NCBI GenBank assembly: GCA_024346625.1 | Contig: AP024664.1 | Span: 1,240,001 to 1,304,000 of the forward strand | Length of the DNA stretch: 64,000 nt | From: Williopsis jadinii | Lineage: Eukaryota | Direction: 5' to 3' | Shown: positions 33,127-44,315 of the stretch, in pieces | Layout: the number at the start of each line of letters is the position of its first letter | Position numbering within the stretch: position 1 is the first letter of the stretch | Translations under genes and position numbers: made by a program | The notes under the pieces: model-generated | Database searches by the model: none | The model's input: the letters and a program-made list of their open reading frames with translations, nothing else | What the model was told of the DNA's origin: nothing

Positions 33127-33750
33127 CCGATGAGTTCAGTTTGATAACTCGTACGTTATTTCTTCCTTTTGCTAGAGCAGAACCCACCCTGATAAAGGTA
33201 CTAGCCGCCTTGATGAACAAGAACAAGGGACGCCCTCCTCTCGAATGTGATGTCGCTGTTTACACCAAGCCTATCAAGACGATGTTGTTCTGTGTTGTCT
33301 TTTTTTTCCTATTAGAACCATTGTGATTCAGTGCATTTTAAACTTTTGTGTTCCAAAGGTGGTAAGCGCCGCATAACCCCATTGCCGGTGGTTACCTCGG
33401 AAACCCAATATGGCCGATGTTAGAAGAATTGATACTTGAGCTTCTACAAATTGCGTTTATGGAGAACACTTGGAGGCAATTCTGTAGACACAATCACTGC
33501 AGTTTGAGAGTTAAGTCATGCTGATCTATGAGCTATGTGTATGTTGTGTATTTTTTTGGTATCGGTAGCTTGACAGATACCGTTGACATGTAGAACTGTA
33601 TAATGCGTATGCACAAGGGGTTGTGAGCTTTTAAAGTCAAGTAGGGTTGCCATTCATGATCATACCCTTCTGTGCTCCTTAGAAACAGAACAGAGATAGT
33701 AATTTCTTTATCGGAGCATGAACACACTCCATGTGTGTGTCTTACTGAGA

Positions 33751-33965
33751 TGCGACATTTGATGAGGGTGTTGCGCGCACCGTTGATGTTGCGGTGAACA
33801 AACAATTTGCACGAGGCACAGTGGAATGCGCGGTCGGCCAGCCAGAGACAATGTGGCATTTATTGTCCCACAGCCGGTGCATGTCTTGCTCGTGTACTCT
33901 TCAGTCATTCTCGAGAGGCGTGTCCCCGTGAATTGGCATTTGAAGGTCAAACGCTGGTGGATTAG
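33751..33965 (-). pseudogene. Fanzor/TnpB (OMEGA RuvC nuclease) C-terminal remnant
   Basis: Two frames join to give IHQRLTFKCQFTGTRLSRMTEEYTSKTCTGCGTINATLSLADRAFHCASCKLFVHRNINGARNTLIK (zinc ribbon plus RuvC-III). A 4-nt CCAG duplication at 33838-33845 causes the frameshift. Confidence 0.85.
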
Positions 33966-34439
33966 GGAGAGACAAAATGAATTGGAGGACAAGATGTGAC
34001 AATTCACGAGTGTTTTTGGAGCAGATGTCGATGAACTCAGCGATGTGTTTCATGGTTACATGCGTGCCCGGGCAAGGTGGTAAAGACATACGCCTTCCAG
34101 CTGCGTGAACGACGCGTGGTGAGCGGATGGTCTACACTGGCTCATGATGAGATGAACGTCTGGTCCCTTCCGGACTAAATGGTAGCCAATATGAGCGAGA
34201 TAAGGAGCTTCTGAAATGTCCGTCGTATGCTTCGTAAAAATTTCCCTATGGGAAGGGCTTGAATTGCCCATACCGGACACTTTTCCTGTCACAAATTAGT
34301 TTTGCCGTCATTTTGCTGTGCCTTTTCGTGCCCTGACTGCAGTTTCACATTTGGCGCAAAAGTCTTCAAAAGGGCACCTTTTTGGGCAACATTTGTAACC
34401 CTTCGCTTGCATATTCATCCAAACACCATCGCTTCGCAT

Positions 34440-35850
34440 TTCCAATTCGGACATCTTCTTATATATGTCATGATCAGTTTGAAGTTTATATCTACTTCAA
34501 ATTGTTAGTTAAAAATATGAAATAAAATATCTTTAATGGATAGCTTTCTCTAACTATGTGACAATGGTGTATTGACTGCTATAAGATTATAATATATGAA
34601 AATAGAATAATGGCATTATTGTTTTTTCTCAAGAAAATATTCCAGAGGAAAATGTCAGAAAAGTTAAGAAGTAGAGAAAACCATTTCTATAGAAAATAAT
34701 TACTATAGAGTTAAAATCGAGTCAAAATCTTATTAGAACAAGAAGATAACCTAGATGACAATATATGTAATGAACAGTGGGTTTAATATTTCCATCACAG
34801 GGGCTTTACTTTTTGTGCTGAAGGGTGTTACCACCTTCTAATCAAAATGATCATGTTAAGTATTTGAGTGCTTGTTTTTGTCCGTACATTGTAGATAGAA
34901 AGGTTTCACAAGCTGCAATTCCTTTGGCCAAGGGAGATGACTGGACTGATCAAAATCAAATGAATGCTCGAAAGCTCTAGCAATTTTGAGCCATCATATC
35001 CCCTTTGACATTATACACTAGTCTACAATAATGGTTGGGATAGAAAGAGGATACTAGTTATATGGCTGCAGCAAGTACTTCGTATAGAAGTTCTAAAACA
35101 CTAAAAAGGAGGAGAAATATTGGTACATGGTTGCCTAAGTGACTCTAAAAGTACATCCCAGGTGATATGGAGACTGTATGAACTTGGATTTGAACCAGAT
35201 TCGAACAAAATTCAAGACATTACTGGTATAAATCCTCTACAGTCGAGTACATGGTTTATTCAGCCATCAAATGGTTGGCGAGTTTGAAAACAGAAAACAT
35301 TTTCTTTTGATCTTGGCTTTGAATGAGACAAATTGCTCAAAGACGGAAATGGATTTGCCCAAGTGATTTACCAATCAATGTGGAGGTGGAAGTCTCATGC
35401 ATTTCCTATTACTATCAATTTGTTTAAAGATGTATCTCGTTCAATTGCTGGGTGGTGCAGGGCTCTCAACAGTATTTGAAGATTTTATGGAGATTTCTGG
35501 TTGCACGAAGTTGGCACCTAAAATAAATAAATCCATGAACAAAGAACGACGTAATTGCACACTACTAGGCAATTCCAGTCGGAAATTCGATTTGAAACGT
35601 TGTCACTGTTTGAAGAAACATATTCCCATGAAACCTAATCTCCTAAGCTATTGAATTTCCATGTAACTCCTGGAGTATCTGCGATTTTATGAGAAAAAAC
35701 CCATCTTCTGCCTCATTCAAAGTCCAAATAACCTCAAAGACTACGAATCATATGAGAAAACTGTCCAGAACGTTCAAACTACTGAGATGATGTTGTTAAA
35801 ACAGGCTGGACTTGGTCACACTTTTGAATCTGGAAGTCGAAATTTATGTA
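34440..35850 (+). other. AT-rich, stop-interrupted coding-like relic of unknown origin
   Basis: Abrupt AT enrichment (strongest at 34440-34800) and long protein-like runs broken by stops; no intact gene. Confidence 0.35.
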
Positions 35851-35922
35851 CATAGCACTTTTAACGTCTCTTTAATTAGTATTTGTATAGAATAAGATTT
35901 TATATATCTCTTTGTTAAGTAT

Positions 35923-37890
35923 TCACTCTCTGCTATCGAAATCTGAAGATACAATATGAGATTTGTCACACATAGAGCGGAATATACTATCTTTTGTGTT
36001 GAACAAAGTCCAAGGTGTATCAAATTCAACACACCGACCTTTGTCCATCACCAAAATACGGTCATAATTCACAATAGTTTTCAGCCTGTGTGCAATACTC
36101 AAGATGGTACAGTCGGTGAATTCTCTTTTGATGATATTCTGAATACGTGCATCAGTTTCATAGTCCACATTTGATGTAGCTTCATCCAGAATCAGAATCT
36201 TTGTCTTTTTAATCAGAGCACGACAAAGAGCGAGAACTTGTCTTTGACCAAGTGAGTAATTAGCACCGTTATCCTCAACAAAACTGTCAAGATGGAACAT
36301 CAGGTCATGGCTTGAAGTACCAATATCTTTCAGTTCTGAAGCAGTGATACAACCAGCCTTGATCAATGCCTCATATAACTTTTCGTCGCTCGTGGTGTTG
36401 AAAGGATCCAAGTTTTGACGAATAGTACCTCTGAATAACACCGGCTCTTGTGGAATAATGGTGAGTTTCGAACGTAGATCGTACAATCCGATTTGAAGCG
36501 TGTTTATACCATCGATTTCAATAGTGCCTTTCTCTGGCTCACAGATACGGTACAGAGCAGTCATGATAGTTGATTTACCAGCACCTGTTCTTCCACATAT
36601 ACCAACCTTTTCACCTGGTTTTATATGTGCAGAGAAGTTATTAAGGACATAAGGAAGAGATGGTCTGTATCTCATACAAAGATTCTTGAATACAATCTCA
36701 CCCCGTTCTGGCCAAGAGTCGGCTGGCGTGGTTTCTGCTGATGAATTGTAGGCTGCTTCTTGTGGAAGTTCCATAGAATATTCAGCAACCCTTTCAGCAG
36801 AAGAGAGAAACTGCTCAAGCTGACCCATCGATCTAGAAGTTGAAACAAGCTGAGTCGAAAATGAAACCAAGTAAGAGATCAACAGACCTGAACTTGCAGC
36901 GCTGATATTGAAAACATTGCTAACACACAAAGTTTCGATAATCAGATTCAAAGCAGCAGAACAAACCACCAGTCTAGCAACAAGCCATCTCTGCATACCA
37001 TTGGATAAGTAGTATGCCTCGTTTTGTTTATTGATAAGTTTGGCATTCTTTCTCATAAAGACCTTTTCCATATCGTAAAACTTAATAGTAGCCAGGCCTT
37101 GTAATACCTCATCAAAGGTTGCGAAAACAATAGACCGTTGAATACCTTCAATACGCTTTATTTCTCTTGCAGATGCCTGGTAATAAGAGAAACAAATATA
37201 ACTAACAAGCAATACAAATGGCACAACAATGGCAAACCACGGAAGAAAGACACAGCACATGATCAGAATTCCGCCCATGTTGAAACAGCCATAACAGAAT
37301 AACCTAGCCTGTTCCGCAATTGAATTGTCCAAAGTATCCGTATCCTTAGTGAATCTGTTTATAATTCTTCCCATTGGTGTAGTATCAAAGAATGACATTG
37401 GTGCGTACATGATTCTGTGCATAGCCTTGATGTTAAGGTTCTTTGATGAAGTGTTACAAATGTACACCACAGTACAGAATTGCCAGCATGCACTCAGAAC
37501 AAAAAGCACCGTGAACAGAACATAAAGTCCAGCATAAAACCCATTTGAGCGACCAGAAAAGTGATCAGAACTCCAAAAGGATAACCAAATATTTTGAAAT
37601 AACATACAGAATGTGGTACAAGTCATACTGGCAATCAAGCTTGGTACCAAAAACTTGATTCCATACTTACCACACCCCTCTCTGAGGTACATCAAAAGAA
37701 TACGCAAAGGAATCCCATTCACTTTTCTAGATTCCTCAGACATGAGTACACCAGCTGTTTTTTCCTCATACTCAGCCTTGGATGTTTGACAGCGAATCAC
37801 TTTCAAATCCTCCATATCCATTTTGGAAATACAACTTTTTTCATCTGGAACATCTACTAGCGAAACATCATCAGTATCATCATCATCAGT

Positions 37891-37923
<33 letters not shown>

Positions 37924-40224
37924 TTCATCAGAATCTTCGTTTTCTGATGTTTCCAGTTGAAATTCCATCAATCTAGCAAATTCAGCATTACGCCCTGTCA
38001 GCTCATCATGAGAGCCCACATCCACCTTTCCGTCATTATTTATGAAAATGATACGGTTAGCTGAATCGATAAGAGATAGCTGATGTGTAGCCAATATCCT
38101 TGTCTTACCATCCAATAGTCCCAGAATACACTCGTTGACGATATGACGACCGACCTTAGGATCAACAGCACTAAGAACGTCATCCAAAAGAATGATATTT
38201 CTATCATCATCACCATATACATGGTAAACAGCTCGAGCAAGGTTAATACGTGCCTTTTGACCACCAGAAAGGTTAACACCTCTTTCTCCAATTTCAGTCT
38301 GATCACCGGCAGGAAGCATGTCGAAGTCCGACGCAAGAGCACATGCATCGACAACTTTGTTATACTTTTGACGATCCTGTTCACTTCCAAAGAGTATGTT
38401 ACCTTCAACAGTAGTGTTCTGAATCCAAGGGTCACTACAAAGAGTGGCATCACCTGCGATAGTGACCAACCCTTTTGTCCTAGGCATGGCTCCCTTTATT
38501 GCATTAAGAAGAGAGGACTTACCAGTTCCAATGGGTCCTGTAACCACGACAAATTCACCTTGCTTTATAGAAAGGTTCACGTCCTTCAGACCCTGGAATT
38601 GATGAGTATTCTTTCCGTGTGATTCCTCTTCTTTTTCATCCCACTGAATTTGACAGCTTCCAGTTTGATCGTCCTTGGTGTCAGATTCCACGGATAAGTT
38701 GTCATCTTTTACAGCATTCCAATCGAAGAACCCATGCTCAATCTCAATGGAATTCTTAGAAGCATTTCCAGGAACCATACGATGGCCAGGATCTTGTTTC
38801 TCATCTTCAAAGAGAAGAAATTCTTGAATACGTTTAAGAGCAACGATAGCATCACCAGCGGTGTTCAAGGCTGAAGGGAATTGAGACACATATCCTGTCA
38901 GCGTGTTATACAGTGACACGGATGAAAATATATTAGAAGTGGCACTCAAATGTCCATGGTTAGCTCCAAACATAACCAAGAAACTGATCATGGCCGAAAC
39001 ATTTGGCAAGGTCACCACAACACTAACAATCACATTCCTGATGAACTGAATGCGAAGAATTTGTGACATCTCTGATGATCTGTACTCCGTAAGCAATCTG
39101 CTGTAAGGGATTTCCCAAGCAAAGTACTTTATGATTTTGATGCTAGCTAGAACCTCTTTGATACATCTTATACGATTATCAGTCGCTAGGTTGGCCACGA
39201 TACGGTTCTTCATGAAGTGTTTAGTCAAGACACTAGTTATGGCAGTTACAATCAAGAAGTAAGCAATACCAGTCAATGATGCACCTCCCAGATTCACTGT
39301 AAGCAGAATGATGGTAAGTACCAGGCCAAGGGGCAAATTAGTGATGAATCCAAAGAACCAAATGGCAAGTTCAATCTTGGAAAGATCATTGGCAAGCAAG
39401 GATGTAACCTGAGATGGCGGATAGCGACTTCTACCGTCACGGTTGATGGTAAAAGACTTATCCAGGAGGACCTTACTAAGAACACTTCTAATCTCTCCAC
39501 CACAGAACTGACTTGAATGGAAATAGTGACAATACGCTAGACCTTGGAACATTACAACGAGGGAGATACCAACGGCATAACCATAACCTTGGTTTGTTGT
39601 ATGCTGATCTTTGGAATGATTACCAACAATGGACACAATCTTCCGGACTTGAAGAGTGTTCAGACCTGCTGCTAAGTCACCTACAACTCTAATCAAGAGA
39701 CAAAAGATGAAACGACTTCTGAACACCTCAAGCAGGGAGAGAGCGACAAGGTACTTTGAATACTGAAAGTTCGGGTCCTTCGAAAGAGACTCCCTATTAG
39801 AAGGAGTGTCTTCCATGCCGTGTGTTTTCAAGTAGTCTGACTCAGATCTTAGTTTTCGCTTCTCCAAAACCTCGTTAAACTTATCAGCCAACAACTGAAC
39901 ATCGTTCTTCGACCCTGGGGAGATCTTGTACATGTCCTCAGGGTATAATGTTCTAACGTACCCAACTTTGAGAACAGGATTGCACCAGCTGAAGAAGGTT
40001 TCGGATATGAAGTTTGTGGACTGGAATGGGAACTCAGAACGCTCAGAGTCATCACATGGAATTGGGGTAAGAGTTTTGTCAAACAGAAAGGGAGTCAAAA
40101 GCCTCTTTTGAGGGTCAACTCTAGCATCATTGGCAACCCTGTCCTCCAGATCACTTTCAGACCATTTGTAGGCACGACATGTCTGAGCCTGGCATTTCCA
40201 GACCTCTTTGATATAGTCCAACAT
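35923..40224 (-). CDS. ABCC/MRP full-size ABC exporter, Yor1-like
   Basis: NBD1 GPIGTGKSS/LSGGQKAR, NBD2 GRTGAGKST/NYSLGQRQ/ILDEATSNVDYETD, and two TMDs; first ATG at 40224. Confidence 0.93.
37866..37930 (-). repeat. (GAT)n trinucleotide repeat encoding poly-Asp in the ABC linker
   Basis: A run of atc repeats on the + strand gives the long Asp tract (interrupted by two Thr) in the linker. Confidence 0.9.
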
Positions 40225-40458
40225 CGTGAGCCAAGAGAATGTTGATTTTGATAGCTTCAAACGTCACAGTAGAAAGCCCAGTTTCGCCTTCATTGGCGAA
40301 TCTTTTAACAGATATAATCTATAGTACCTTTTCTTCACTCAACGCCATCATCGCAAACAGTCACTTCTACGTTGGGAATGAGGAAAGAACCTGCGAGGCC
40401 TTCTTCGTCTTCATCTCAAAGCAGAATACTCACAGCTTAAAGAGGGCAACAAGTCGAT

Positions 40459-40513
40459 TTCCGTAAAGGGAAGTCTTCCGGATCGGGGTTGCGGCGTCTT
40501 TCCCAATTGGGGC
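40459..40513. promoter_or_regulatory. Three TTCC-N6-GG(A/G) sites in the ABC/MFS divergent promoter
   Basis: TTCCgtaaagGGAA 40459, TTCCggatcgGGGT 40476 and TTCCcaattgGGGC 40500. Confidence 0.6.
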
Positions 40514-40553
40514 ACGTGCAGAAGGTTTGAGCCCGAGGCGCTGCAGCTCGTCA

Positions 40554-40692
40554 GATAAGCATATGTAAGATGTTCGCTCAGGTACGGGTTTTTACTCTTT
40601 GTCGATATCGAAATATTGATACGAGAAGTAGTACGACAAGCCTTCTGATAAGCTATGGTATGATATCTTCCAGATCTACGTATTGAGATAAG
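40554..40692 (+). promoter_or_regulatory. GATAAG (Gln3/Gat1, nitrogen catabolite repression) sites
   Basis: GATAAG at 40554, 40647 and 40687, within ~230 bp of the permease ATG. Confidence 0.65.
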
Positions 40693-40783
40693 ACATCCAG
40701 CTTCATCAGTTCCCTTTATAAAGCGATATCAAGAACCATCAATCAGACTTCAATGGACCAGCTTTCAAACCCATGGAGAAACA

Positions 40784-42370
40784 ATGAGTCACGATCAAAA
40801 GAATATGATTGACACTATTGTCAGTCATGTCAGTGTTTTCTCGTCAGATAACATGAACACGCACCAGGTGCTTGCCACCATCACCAGTGCTGGTGGTGAG
40901 CCGGTTGAGATTACAACCGATGTCGACCCTGCTATGAAGTTTGCGCTTGATAACAAGGTTGAGTATGATGAAGAGAAGGATAAGAAATTGCGCAGAAAGC
41001 TCGATTTCTACCTTATGCCAGTGCTTATGCTTTTGAACGTTGCCATGTATATGGACAAAAGCGCACTGAGTACTTCTGCCATTCTTGGAATCCGTAGTGC
41101 CCTCGGAATGCATGGTGATCAATATTCTTGGGGAACTTCTGGTTTCTATTTGGGTTACCTGGCCTTCGAGCTCCCAGCGAGTTTGCTGCTCCAGAGATTC
41201 CCCCTTGTGAAGACCCTTGGTGTCTTTGCTATTTTATGGTCTCTTTTGCTGATCCTCCATGGTGCCGTTAAGTCGTACGCTGGCTTGATGGTCTTGAGAG
41301 TTCTCCTTGGTATGCTCGAATCTTCCATCAATCCAGCCTTAGTGATGATTACAGGTCAGTACTACAGGGCTGGTGAGCAGTTCATGAGAACAACTTTATG
41401 GTTTTGTGCCAATGGTTTGGCAACAATCATCATGAACTGTATTGGTTACGCGATGGTTGAGTATGAAGACTCATACTCCATTGAACCTTGGAGACTTAAC
41501 TTTTACATCATCGGTGCGATTTCGATGTTCATTGTTATTCTCTTTGTGATTCATGTTCCAGATGATCCTTCAAAGGCCTGGTTTCTTAACGACGAGGAGA
41601 AGGCCCGTCTTGTTGAGCGTTTAAGAGCAAACCAACAGGGATTTGGTTCCAAGAAGGTCAAACCATACCAAATCAAAGAGGCTCTTACTGACGTTGTCAC
41701 TTGGTACTATTTCTTCTATGGTGTCTCATCCGATATCCCGTCAGGGTCCCTTGGTTCATTCGGATCCATTCTTTTGAACGATGACTTCGGGTTCACTACA
41801 AAGAAATCCATGCTTATGAAAATGCCAGACGGTGCAATCGTTGCTGTCGGGTGTCCTTTATTCGTGTGGGTAGGCCTGAAAATATGGGATTCTCGTATGT
41901 TCGTTTCTGTTATTTCGACAGTGTTCTGTATCTTAGCTGCTTGTCTACTTGCCTTTGGTCAAAATAACCAAACTAAACTAGCTGGGTTCTACCTCCAGAG
42001 TTTGAATCCAGTGAGTATGGTTCAATGTCTATCCTGTTTCTCCAGTAACACTGGTGGTGCTACAAAGAAGGCTGTTATGGACGCTATTTTCCTTATTGGG
42101 TACTCTGCAGGGCTGGTGATTGGTCCACAGACATTCATTGAGTCGCAGGCTCCAGGGTATGCTGGCGGAAAGGTGGCTATTGTTGTTTGCTATGCTGCAA
42201 GTCTGGTATTCCTCTTGTTGATTTGGTGGGAGTATTACCGCAGAAATCTTAAGAATGAGAAGAATCTCCAGGAGAATCCTGAGATCGAAAAGGATGCAAA
42301 GAATATCGACAATATCGAGTTTGCCGATCTCACTGATAAGGAGAATCCTCTATTCCGTTACACATTGTGA
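40784..42370 (+). CDS. DAL5-family MFS permease (allantoate/ureidosuccinate/dipeptide-type)
   Basis: KLRRKLDFYLMP, GDQYSW, PDDPSKAWFL and EFADLTDKENPLFRYTL. Confidence 0.9.
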   Translation: MSHDQKNMIDTIVSHVSVFSSDNMNTHQVLATITSAGGEPVEITTDVDPAMKFALDNKVEYDEEKDKKLRRKLDFYLMPVLMLLNVAMYMDKSALSTSAILGIRSALGMHGDQYSWGTSGFYLGYLAFELPASLLLQRFPLVKTLGVFAILWSLLLILHGAVKSYAGLMVLRVLLGMLESSINPALVMITGQYYRAGEQFMRTTLWFCANGLATIIMNCIGYAMVEYEDSYSIEPWRLNFYIIGAISMFIVILFVIHVPDDPSKAWFLNDEEKARLVERLRANQQGFGSKKVKPYQIKEALTDVVTWYYFFYGVSSDIPSGSLGSFGSILLNDDFGFTTKKSMLMKMPDGAIVAVGCPLFVWVGLKIWDSRMFVSVISTVFCILAACLLAFGQNNQTKLAGFYLQSLNPVSMVQCLSCFSSNTGGATKKAVMDAIFLIGYSAGLVIGPQTFIESQAPGYAGGKVAIVVCYAASLVFLLLIWWEYYRRNLKNEKNLQENPEIEKDAKNIDNIEFADLTDKENPLFRYTL

Positions 42371-42814
42371 TTTGCTATACGCTGTGGCGTGAGGTTGAAT
42401 CACTTCAAGTCCTTGCTGGATAGGGAAAGAACAGGCGTGTATTTCAATAGAGCAATTTTGAATCTTAAATGATCTTTATTAATTTATCCATCTGTAACTT
42501 GCACTGCCACACAATTGTTCTAAAAATGGAACCCCAGACCTATAAAAGTGTGTATTAGGGGCATTGTTATCTCATGGACATGAATCAGTTGAGACGTAGT
42601 GATTGGTGTGTGTAGGACTGCTATCTTTCTAGTTGAAGAACGGTGGAGTTAACAGACAGGTGATGCGTTGTAACTCGATACCAATTTAAAGTTAACAGCT
42701 ACAATGAGGACAGAAGCAATGCACCAGATACTCAATTCAACCACTTGTAATACATAGATTGCAAAGACAGGACGTGAAAACGGGAGTCATATCTAATGAA
42801 ATGTGTCCCAAATT

Positions 42815-44065
42815 TTAAGCTGATGAATTCTCACCAAACATTTCATCAAATGTCTGTTCCAAAATTGCCACACCTTCAAGGATAACTTCATCTGGAATGT
42901 TTAATGCTGGAAGGAATCTGATGACATTTCCTGCGACGGCAATTGTACAAAGACCAAGCGATCTTGCTTTTACGATAACCTCTTTTGCATCGATAGTAAG
43001 TTCAACACCCAACATCAAACCTTGACCACGAATTTCTTTGATTTGTTTAGGATACTTTTGTTGCAAGTTAGACAACTTGGACCAGAGAAGCTCGGACTTC
43101 TTCTGGACATCTTCCAAGAACTTAGGATCGGAAATTCTGTTGAGAACATGTCCAGCAACACGAGTTGAAAGAGGGTTACCACCAAATGTACAGCCATGGT
43201 CAGCAGGACGAAGGGCAGCGTTGATTTCAGGGCTGACAACGGTAGCACTGATAGGACAGCCGTTAGCTAAAGCTTTAGCAGAAGTGAAGATGTCGGGATG
43301 GGCTTCTTTTGGAAGCTTTGAGTGGACCCACAAAGTACCCGAACGTCCCATACCACATTGAACTTCGTCATAGATCAGAGCTGCTTTGTATTTCTTACAA
43401 ACGCCCTTCAAAGCTAGCAAGAAAGCCGGATCAACTGGTCTAATTCCACCTTCACCTTGTAGTGGCTCAATAATGACGGCACATGTCTTGTCAGAAATCA
43501 CATCTTCGACAGATTTGATGTCACCAACAGTTGCAGTTTTAACACCAGGAACCAAAGGTGCAAATGGAGCTTGGTAGTTGACGTTGGATGTGACACTGAG
43601 GGCACCAAAGGTTCTTCCATGGAATGAAGAGTTGAAGCAAATGATTTCAATCTTGTCTGGAGAGATCGACTTACCCCATCTACGAGCAAATTTCAAAGCA
43701 GCCTCGTTAGCTTCTGCACCAGAGTTCCCAAAGAAGACATTGGAGGCATTGTACATTCCACCAGACTCCTTGGTCTTCTCGACAAGGAGAGCAGCAAGCG
43801 CATATGGCCATGGACTAGGATACGCCACGGATGAATGTAGCAGAGTGCTGGACTGATCTGCTATGATCTTGGAGACCTCAGGATCACAGTGTCCCAATGA
43901 ATTGACAGCAATTCCGGCATAGAAGTCGACATATCTCTTTCCATCCAAGTCCCAAAGGTACGACCCTTCACCTTTCACAACAATCGCAGAAGGTGGACGG
44001 TAGACACCAGCCATATGCTTTGCATTGGAAAGAACTTGTTCTTTGTCAAATTTCAATTCAGACAT
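42815..44065 (-). CDS. Class-III PLP aminotransferase, acetylornithine aminotransferase (Arg8/ArgD)-like, apparently cytosolic
   Basis: DFYAGIAVNSLGH, NSGAEANEAALK, SFHGRT, IEPLQGEGG, DEVQCGMGR, SAKALANG (PLP Lys) and HGCTFGGNP. Confidence 0.9.
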   Translation of the reverse strand: MSELKFDKEQVLSNAKHMAGVYRPPSAIVVKGEGSYLWDLDGKRYVDFYAGIAVNSLGHCDPEVSKIIADQSSTLLHSSVAYPSPWPYALAALLVEKTKESGGMYNASNVFFGNSGAEANEAALKFARRWGKSISPDKIEIICFNSSFHGRTFGALSVTSNVNYQAPFAPLVPGVKTATVGDIKSVEDVISDKTCAVIIEPLQGEGGIRPVDPAFLLALKGVCKKYKAALIYDEVQCGMGRSGTLWVHSKLPKEAHPDIFTSAKALANGCPISATVVSPEINAALRPADHGCTFGGNPLSTRVAGHVLNRISDPKFLEDVQKKSELLWSKLSNLQQKYPKQIKEIRGQGLMLGVELTIDAKEVIVKARSLGLCTIAVAGNVIRFLPALNIPDEVILEGVAILEQTFDEMFGENSSA

Positions 44066-44075
44066 CTCTTGTTGT

Positions 44076-44129
44076 TGTAGTTGGTGTAGCTGTTGTGGTT
44101 GCTGTAGTTGTTGTAGCTGTTGTGGTTGC
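44076..44129. repeat. 2 x 27-bp tandem repeat (CAA-rich on the coding strand) in the aminotransferase 5' leader
   Basis: tgtagttg(g/t)tgtagctgttgtggttgc at 44076-44102 and 44103-44129, with one mismatch. Confidence 0.85.
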
Positions 44130-44271
44130 TATGGAGTTCGAATCATCTCGATCTAAGGCATCTTCGGCTTCGGTCGCTCATAATATATAATCGAGGCCAA
44201 TAGCACAATGGGCTCGTAGTAAAGTCTCTAATTTGAGCGTAGTGCTTCAATCGAGAGATGTGTGTTCATCA

Positions 44272-44315
44272 TTCCTAATCTGGATTAGGAAATAGATGCC
44301 GTTCCCGATCTGGAA
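44272..44315. promoter_or_regulatory. TTCC-N6-GGA sites in the aminotransferase promoter
   Basis: TTCCTAATC-TG-GATTAGGAA palindrome at 44272-44291, and TTCCcgatctGGAA at 44302-44315. Confidence 0.6.
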
